DNA from: Escherichia phage vB-Eco-KMB43
Sequence record: OR525698.1
Length of the DNA stretch: 64,000 nt
Reading direction: 5' to 3' (one strand)
The notes beneath the pieces were generated by a model. That model ran no database searches and had not been told where the DNA came from. It saw only the letters and a program-made list of their open reading frames with translations. This document shows, in pieces, positions 58,586 through 64,000 of this stretch (position 1 is its first letter; each line of letters begins with the position of its first letter). Position numbers and translations under genes: made by a program.

Positions 58586-58657
58586 AATTGATTCTCCTAG
58601 TTCGTTTCGGTATGTGTGTATTATAGGGGAGTTTAACCTCCCCTGTCAACAACTTTT
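58586..58657 (-). promoter_or_regulatory. promoter/5'UTR cassette copy 12 (PeSL-like)
   Basis: TTGACA (plus 58645-58650), palindromic spacer GGGGAGGTTAAACTCCCC, TATAAT. Confidence 0.6.
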
Positions 58658-58969
58658 TTAAAGTTTTTCCATGATAACGGTCATAATTACATCTTCTGCG
58701 CGAGCGGTCAGATTATCAGCGTCAGCATGTGGGCGGTTGGTTGTTACAGAGATAACACCGTTGCGCACTGGTTTGATATTGATATCAAGATGATCCGCGA
58801 AACGTTCGCCAGTTACAGAATGAATTTTGGTGTTAAATTCTTTTGCCAGTGCCTTGCGAACTTCACGAATCAGGATAGCGTTTTTCAGTTGGTTCTCCGC
58901 GCTCATGGTCTTCTGAGTGTTCATGGTTCCGTCGAAGTCAATCATTGGCAGCGTTACGATGTATTTCAT
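58658..58969 (-). CDS. small protein, paralogue family B, member 2
   Basis: 103 aa; LIREVRKALAKEFNTK. Confidence 0.5.
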   Translation of the reverse strand: MKYIVTLPMIDFDGTMNTQKTMSAENQLKNAILIREVRKALAKEFNTKIHSVTGERFADHLDINIKPVRNGVISVTTNRPHADADNLTARAEDVIMTVIMEKL

Positions 58970-59056
58970 TTTTGATTCTCCGTTTAAGAAAGTGTGTTTC
59001 GTTTTGATGTGTGTAGTATAGGGGATACGTGATCCCCTGTCAACAACTTTTTTGAA
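58970..59056 (-). promoter_or_regulatory. promoter/5'UTR cassette copy 13 (PeSL-like)
   Basis: TTGACA (plus 59038-59043), palindromic spacer GGGGATCACGTATCCCC, TATACT. Confidence 0.6.
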
Positions 59057-59401
59057 TTATTTTTTCATGAGCTTAATGGCTTCTTCCATAGCCAGCACAT
59101 TTCGATAGTTAGGGTATCGTGTTAGATCGTCATACATTCGCTTAAGGGTGGAAACTTCCTCAAACTCTGGGTTTTCTAGATACAGTTGAACAAATTGTTT
59201 CTCTACCATCTCGGCTTTTAGCTTGTCTGCTTGTTCCTGTTCATATGATTTCGTTGGACCCAACACCAACAAAATGATAAAGGTGATCAACGGGCTAATG
59301 ATCAATGATAGGATAACATAACCAATAACGCTACGGTTTAAACGGCTTGCGTACATGCCTACAAGGAAAACAAAAAGGATATAGATAAACAGAAAGAACA
59401 T
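59057..59401 (-). CDS. small inner-membrane protein (two predicted TM helices)
   Basis: 114 aa; N-terminal hydrophobic segments MFFLFIYILFVFLVGMYA and VIGYVILSLIISPLITFIILLVLG. Confidence 0.5.
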   Translation of the reverse strand: MFFLFIYILFVFLVGMYASRLNRSVIGYVILSLIISPLITFIILLVLGPTKSYEQEQADKLKAEMVEKQFVQLYLENPEFEEVSTLKRMYDDLTRYPNYRNVLAMEEAIKLMKK

Positions 59402-59408
59402 ATAATGG

Positions 59409-59882
59409 TTACTCCTTATTTTCGCGCTCGTACTTTTCGAAATAAAATTCTACTGGCTGGTCGTGGATTGACAGCAAGCCAAAGCGTTTAGCCGCTCGCA
59501 ATCCCATATTGCGCTGAATGTACTTCTGGAAGTTCTCGCGTATACACTTACGCCAGGATTCTAAGCCCATGCAGCTTTTATAAAGATTGCATTGCACACA
59601 TGCCGGATTCATGTTATCAAGTATATCATGCTCCGGTTTATGCATTCCTACAACCTTATACTTCCACGATCCATCATCATTACGGACAATTCGTCCATTT
59701 TCATCATAGACTACCTTTGAGCGTCGCAATACTGGTTTGATGTGGTCTGCGTGCCAGCGATCCCCTAGTTCCTCGCCACAATAGGCACAACGTCCACCAT
59801 ATTTCATTTTCAGGATCTGGCGTTGCTCTTTCTTTGACAATTTTTTAGGTTTAGGGGCTTTCGCCCCTTCATTATCACACAT
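59409..59882 (-). CDS. HNH endonuclease (candidate homing endonuclease)
   Basis: 157 aa; CAYCGEEL...HADHIKPV...NMNPACVQCN (CxxC-H-N-H-CxxC arrangement); start overlaps ligase stop region. Confidence 0.6.
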   Translation of the reverse strand: MCDNEGAKAPKPKKLSKKEQRQILKMKYGGRCAYCGEELGDRWHADHIKPVLRRSKVVYDENGRIVRNDDGSWKYKVVGMHKPEHDILDNMNPACVQCNLYKSCMGLESWRKCIRENFQKYIQRNMGLRAAKRFGLLSIHDQPVEFYFEKYERENKE

Positions 59883-61377
59883 CGAATACCTCTTTTACTG
59901 TATTTGCAGTGGTCTTGTCGTAGCGAATACGTTTGATGATTGGGAGAAATAAAGAGAACTCCGGTTCATCTTCTTTACGTGATTTGCTGCGAATGTACCC
60001 GTTGCATGTCATCTCAATGACTTTTCCAATCAGGTTATGACGGTCAGCCCATAACATTTCTCGGTCGAGTTCATTTCGACGATCGAACGGAATTACACGT
60101 TCAGTACCATCATCACCTTTTTCGGTTGTAGTGTCGGTTAATCCCGATCCGGTGTTAGTCATCATTCGTCCGCACGCACTACGGACAGTAAAACCGCCTA
60201 CCTTATTGGGGTCTTTACTATGCGGATATACATCAACAATTTCCGCGTCGAAGTCAATCACTTCTTTAAATTTAACCTGATCTTTACTACGGCGATCTTC
60301 AAATACACCATGTAAATTTTTAAGGATAATACCTTCTAAGCCCATGTTGACATAACGATGATATACTTCGCGAGCTTCATCGATATTGTTAACTACAGTG
60401 TTTTCTATGATCTGAACACGAGGATCGTTAAGTTCTTCAACAATCTGTTTTAGTTCTTCGAATCGATCTTTATATTGCTTCGTTGCTTTCTCGTTTCCGT
60501 AATACACATCACGGTCGATAACATCCCAGACAGTGTAAACAATACATTGGGCTTCTTCTTTTGGAATAGTTCCTTTAAGTGATTTGTTGAGGATACCATT
60601 TCCGGTCTGACGATCTGCAACAACGGATTCTTTCACTGCTTCCGCTACTGGCGTTAATGGCATTTCCTCTTCTTCAAATATCCATGACAGAGTACCATCA
60701 TAAACGCTTTCAACGAAGTTCTGCGCTGGTGTTTGCGAAAGGGTAGGCATATATACCAATTCGCCATCTAGAACAATTCCACGGCCTCGTAGACGCTCTA
60801 AAACCGCAAACAAATCATCAAGCCCTTGATAGGTATTACCTGAGCGGGTATAGATTGCTAATGTTTCCCCGTCAATATCAGCCATACCACGAGCGCCATC
60901 GCTTTTAAGTTGTGCATACGCCGGATACTTGATATTAGCAATAGTCTTATCAGAACATGACGATGCAAGGTGGCACGGTTGCTGGGGGATCAGTTTCTTC
61001 CATACCTTGTTTGCAGTGGTAGCGGAACAGCCGCATTCCAGATCACGATTCAGGACCATCATTGCAACTTTAGCATCATCCTCTGACAAGCAAGTCAGAG
61101 TATCGGTAACTAGCTGTAATGCTGCATTACCAGTTACTTGACGCGTGGCAAGTTTATTTTTAAAGACCTGTAATGCACCGGATAAAGACAATACAGACGA
61201 ATAGCGAGACGGTTTATCGTATTTCTTTACGCCAAACGTAACCTGTTTGCAATATGCCAGATAAAAGCATTCTTTCAGCGTTTCATTGCTCGCGGATTCT
61301 TTCAGAATCTTTTCTTTCAGCGATGTTTTGTCTGTTGCTGCAAGCTGATTAATGATATTAAGAATTGACATTTTCAC
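59875..61377 (-). CDS. gp30: ATP-dependent DNA ligase (gene 30)
   Basis: 500 aa; adenylation motif AQLKSDGARG (KxDGxR); size matches T4 ligase (487 aa). Confidence 0.85.
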   Translation of the reverse strand: MKMSILNIINQLAATDKTSLKEKILKESASNETLKECFYLAYCKQVTFGVKKYDKPSRYSSVLSLSGALQVFKNKLATRQVTGNAALQLVTDTLTCLSEDDAKVAMMVLNRDLECGCSATTANKVWKKLIPQQPCHLASSCSDKTIANIKYPAYAQLKSDGARGMADIDGETLAIYTRSGNTYQGLDDLFAVLERLRGRGIVLDGELVYMPTLSQTPAQNFVESVYDGTLSWIFEEEEMPLTPVAEAVKESVVADRQTGNGILNKSLKGTIPKEEAQCIVYTVWDVIDRDVYYGNEKATKQYKDRFEELKQIVEELNDPRVQIIENTVVNNIDEAREVYHRYVNMGLEGIILKNLHGVFEDRRSKDQVKFKEVIDFDAEIVDVYPHSKDPNKVGGFTVRSACGRMMTNTGSGLTDTTTEKGDDGTERVIPFDRRNELDREMLWADRHNLIGKVIEMTCNGYIRSKSRKEDEPEFSLFLPIIKRIRYDKTTANTVKEVFDV

Positions 61378-61837
61378 CTCGTTTTGTTAAACGTTCACGA
61401 ATATCATTGAGGATACTACAAAATTCCGATTCAGTCAATATAGTCTTTAACGGATCAGTTCCACCTATGCTATGACGTAATTTCTTATTTCCGGTAGCAA
61501 GTAATGCTTTACAAAATTCTGGGTTATTCCGTGCCATCGTAACAAATGCCAGATGTACCAGTCTGTAATAATGCTCACTCATTCGATGAATCGGGCGACC
61601 CTGAAAATATAACATGTGATTCTCAATCTTTTCAGTTCTTCCGGTTCTTTTTGCTTTGCCACCGTGCATCAAAAAGATTTCTCTTTGTCTCTGAGGGTTC
61701 TTAAATCTTAGCCCCTGTAAAAATCCTTCTGTGCTGTTAATATCGCAGCCAAATAAACGGAATGGTCTTTTATTGAAATTACTCAATTCACCCGATGGAT
61801 AAGGTCCACCCGCATAGATATCAATTTCAGAAGTCAT
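61358..61837 (-). CDS. NADAR / YbiA-like domain protein
   Basis: 159 aa; GELSNF...STEGFLQGLRF and ALLATGNKKL paralleling E. coli YbiA as recalled (GDFSNF...TSEHYFQAQKF, ALLATAPAKL). Confidence 0.6.
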   Translation of the reverse strand: MTSEIDIYAGGPYPSGELSNFNKRPFRLFGCDINSTEGFLQGLRFKNPQRQREIFLMHGGKAKRTGRTEKIENHMLYFQGRPIHRMSEHYYRLVHLAFVTMARNNPEFCKALLATGNKKLRHSIGGTDPLKTILTESEFCSILNDIRERLTKRGENVNS

Positions 61838-61991
61838 TGAAACTAATCTCGCTAATCAGAGAGAACGGATCATAATCGTCATTAGGAATATCGATAGTAA
61901 TCGAATGAGGATTTACCCATACACCAAACTGGTCTTCTTCGGTGAATACTTCGGTATGGATTTCGTGGATGTTTACATTCATAGTTTTCAT
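61827..61991 (-). CDS. hypothetical small protein (about 54 aa)
   Basis: ATG 61991 with AAGGA SD; overlaps the start of the NADAR ORF; not in ORF track. Confidence 0.3.
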   Translation of the reverse strand: MKTMNVNIHEIHTEVFTEEDQFGVWVNPHSITIDIPNDDYDPFSLISEISFNDF

Positions 61992-62045
61992 AATAAAATT
62001 TCCTTAATAATCAATAACTTACAAAATCATATAGCCAAAATATAG

Positions 62046-62064
62046 GCGGGATTATTTCCCGCCG
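62046..62064 (-). terminator. hairpin terminator after gene 31 (minus strand)
   Basis: GGCGGGATTATTTCCCGCC palindrome with T-rich tract on the minus strand. Confidence 0.5.
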
Positions 62065-62074
62065 TTTAAAATCA

Positions 62075-62398
62075 TTAACCGTAAACTACCACAATATTCT
62101 GTTTGTGTGTTACAGTCCATTTCAGGTCGATCTCTTCTTCCTTCTTAACGCCGTTAATAACGTCTGGATGAGGAACTTTATTCATCTTGCCATGTGGCAG
62201 TAAAACAGTTTTACCCAGCAATTCTTTATCTACCGTTTCACCGATATCAATAATCTTACCTACCAGCGGAATCTCGCCCATAGTGCGCTTTTGCTCAATA
62301 ATGATCCCCATAGAGCTTTTTACTTCTGTCCCTGCGCTTTCTGCTTTAGCTTCAATGATCACATAGTCACCAAGTGCTTTAGGAGTTTTAACGGTCAT
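62075..62398 (-). CDS. gp31: GroES-like co-chaperonin gp31
   Basis: 107 aa; GDYVIIEAK and KVPHPDV paralleling T4 gp31; position between ligase and cd. Confidence 0.6.
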   Translation of the reverse strand: MTVKTPKALGDYVIIEAKAESAGTEVKSSMGIIIEQKRTMGEIPLVGKIIDIGETVDKELLGKTVLLPHGKMNKVPHPDVINGVKKEEEIDLKWTVTHKQNIVVVYG

Positions 62399-62439
62399 AA
62401 TTTTATTACCTCTTCAAATCAATACAGTTTAATGATGAA

Positions 62440-62760
62440 TTATTTATAAATTTCGACGATCTGCGCTGGAGTCAGCCCGTCTACATTAATCAGACTATCA
62501 AGCCCAAAACTACGGAAACCTTCAACTGCAATTTCATATACTGGCAAAGATGTTTCTGATTCTTTACGCGGTTTTTCAACATTCGGAACTAACCACTTTT
62601 CGTATGTTTCAAACGGCATCAGTGCCGGATCTCGCGTGGCGATCATCTCACGGACAGTACCATCTTTCTTAGTAAACTGCAAAGAGTGAGTACCGACCGA
62701 AAACATTTTCTTTAGTGCTTCACGAAGTGCGATATTATCAACTTGTTCAGTCATTATCAA
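62440..62760 (-). CDS. hypothetical protein (31.1/31.2 position)
   Basis: 106-aa ORF between cd and gene 31. Confidence 0.4.
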   Translation of the reverse strand: MIMTEQVDNIALREALKKMFSVGTHSLQFTKKDGTVREMIATRDPALMPFETYEKWLVPNVEKPRKESETSLPVYEIAVEGFRSFGLDSLINVDGLTPAQIVEIYK

Positions 62761-63253
62761 TACCCTTCAAATCAGTCAATAATGCTTTTGGAATACGCGT
62801 GATTGTAATATCTGCATTATTCAGAATATCAGCCCAATCACGCCCACCATTTCGATCATATGTGTCGCAATAGTATAGATGTTTAATACCACTGTTTGCA
62901 ATTGCTTTAGCGCAATCTGGACACGGTGAAGCAGTACACCACATACTAGCGCCTTCAATCGATACACCGCTACGGGCAGCAAACAAAATAGCATTTAATT
63001 CAGCATGGATCTCGTTTTTCTGTGACCATGCACTATGCTCTGGTCGTTTTTCTGGGATCATTTTGCCGTCATCATCCAGCCAACCGTTTTTATGTGCATG
63101 ACAGCTACAATTTACTTGCCCTGCTGGAGTTCCGTTAAATCCAGTAGAAATGATTCGCCCGTCTTTTTCGATCAGTGCGCCTACCTTCCACGAAACGCAT
63201 TTAGAGTTCTTTGCGATTAGATAGGCGATCTGCATGTAAGTTTGTGACAACAT
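62747..63253 (-). CDS. cd: dCMP deaminase
   Basis: 168 aa; zinc-binding motifs HAELNAI and PCPDCAKAI. Confidence 0.85.
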   Translation of the reverse strand: MLSQTYMQIAYLIAKNSKCVSWKVGALIEKDGRIISTGFNGTPAGQVNCSCHAHKNGWLDDDGKMIPEKRPEHSAWSQKNEIHAELNAILFAARSGVSIEGASMWCTASPCPDCAKAIANSGIKHLYYCDTYDRNGGRDWADILNNADITITRIPKALLTDLKGIDND

Positions 63254-63274
63254 AATATAATCCTCACATAGTAA

Positions 63275-63478
63275 TTAACCGTATACGCGAAAGTATTCTA
63301 CTGATCCGTCGCTATACTGTTTTACATTGAATGTATTCACACCATGATTATTTCTCATGATGACATATACACTGCGACGTTCATCGCTAAACGGCATAAC
63401 TGGCGCTGGTTCAATATCAACACTAAAACCACGTTTAGCAAGTGCTTCGCCTAATTGCTTGAGTTTATCGGTAAACAT
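63275..63478 (-). CDS. hypothetical small protein (67 aa)
   Basis: ORF in the cd.x position. Confidence 0.4.
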   Translation of the reverse strand: MFTDKLKQLGEALAKRGFSVDIEPAPVMPFSDERRSVYVIMRNNHGVNTFNVKQYSDGSVEYFRVYG

Positions 63479-63954
63479 TAAAAGTCTCCGTAGTTAACCT
63501 GAAAACATTCTACACCAATTGAGCGGTACATGTCAACCACTTGATCACGGTCATCTACCGCCAAAACAACATGATAACGCGGTGCAATTTCAGAGAAGAA
63601 GATCTCTTTCTTCACTTCATGATCAGGACGACGATCATTAGTTTCACGTTGAAAGTGATCACTCGGTTCAATACCCTGTTCACGCAACCATTGCAGAGTA
63701 TCTTCTTCGCAAACATCCTCACGCCCTGAGCATGTAATGATACGATAACCATTATCACGATACAGTTTAAGCATTTCGACCACTTGCGGACGAGGTTTAT
63801 CTTCTTTGACCTTTGTCCAGTCAAACGGATGACGACCGCCCTTATCCGCTAATGTCCCATCAATATCAAAGATCACTGCCTTTGGCAGCATGGTATTCGG
63901 TTTGTATACTTCTTGACCCATATATTCCTGCATCAGATAAAATTGGTTGCGCAA
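63478..63954 (-). CDS. HAD-superfamily phosphatase-like protein
   Basis: 158 aa; HAD motif I VIFDIDGTLAD; C-terminal acidic motif VLAVDDRD. Confidence 0.55.
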   Translation of the reverse strand: MRNQFYLMQEYMGQEVYKPNTMLPKAVIFDIDGTLADKGGRHPFDWTKVKEDKPRPQVVEMLKLYRDNGYRIITCSGREDVCEEDTLQWLREQGIEPSDHFQRETNDRRPDHEVKKEIFFSEIAPRYHVVLAVDDRDQVVDMYRSIGVECFQVNYGDF

Positions 63955-64000
63955 ATGAGAAAGTGGAATTGCTTTCTCACCGCGATATAAATTACGTTTC

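Noticed and set aside
51175-59056. Regularly recurring ~70-85 bp repeats that could be mistaken for a CRISPR array
   Set aside because: Repeats are imperfect, contain -35/-10 and Shine-Dalgarno elements, and are separated by variable-length protein-coding ORFs (170-720 bp) rather than short uniform spacers. They are promoter cassettes.

Overview
This window is a segment of a T4-like (Tevenvirinae-type) myovirus genome, not a bacterial chromosome. All calls rest on reading the supplied ORF translations and the sequence by eye; no database search was run. Positions 1-33417 (+ strand, apart from genes 2 and 4 on -) carry the late structural block in canonical T4 order: genes 2/4, baseplate 53-5-5.1-5.4-6-7-8, 9-10-11-12, wac, neck 13-14, 15, terminase 16-17, sheath 18, tube 19, portal 20, prohead core 67-68-21-22, major capsid 23 and vertex 24, with TATAAATA late promoters and hairpin terminators. 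An early-type island (sigma70 promoter, two small ORFs, a gamma-class N6-adenine methyltransferase) sits between genes 8 and 9. Positions 33418-37775 are a minus-strand block (DprA-like protein, small ORFs, hoc, inh-like), followed by uvsW/uvsW.1, uvsY, baseplate hub genes 25-26-51-27-29-48 and an interrupted gene 54. Positions 47457-63954 are minus-strand: a lipoprotein, two ADP-ribosyltransferases (Alt and a shorter paralogue), a hyperplastic ~8 kb array of small genes each preceded by a repeated promoter/5'UTR cassette (13 copies), an HNH endonuclease, DNA ligase (gene 30), a NADAR-like protein, gene 31, dCMP deaminase and a HAD-like phosphatase. The strongest candidate for an undescribed system is a translationally coupled five-gene operon (51499-53551) encoding a DUF262/ParB-like protein, a zinc-ribbon protein and a C5-methyltransferase-fold protein, next to a tandem family of six paralogous small proteins.
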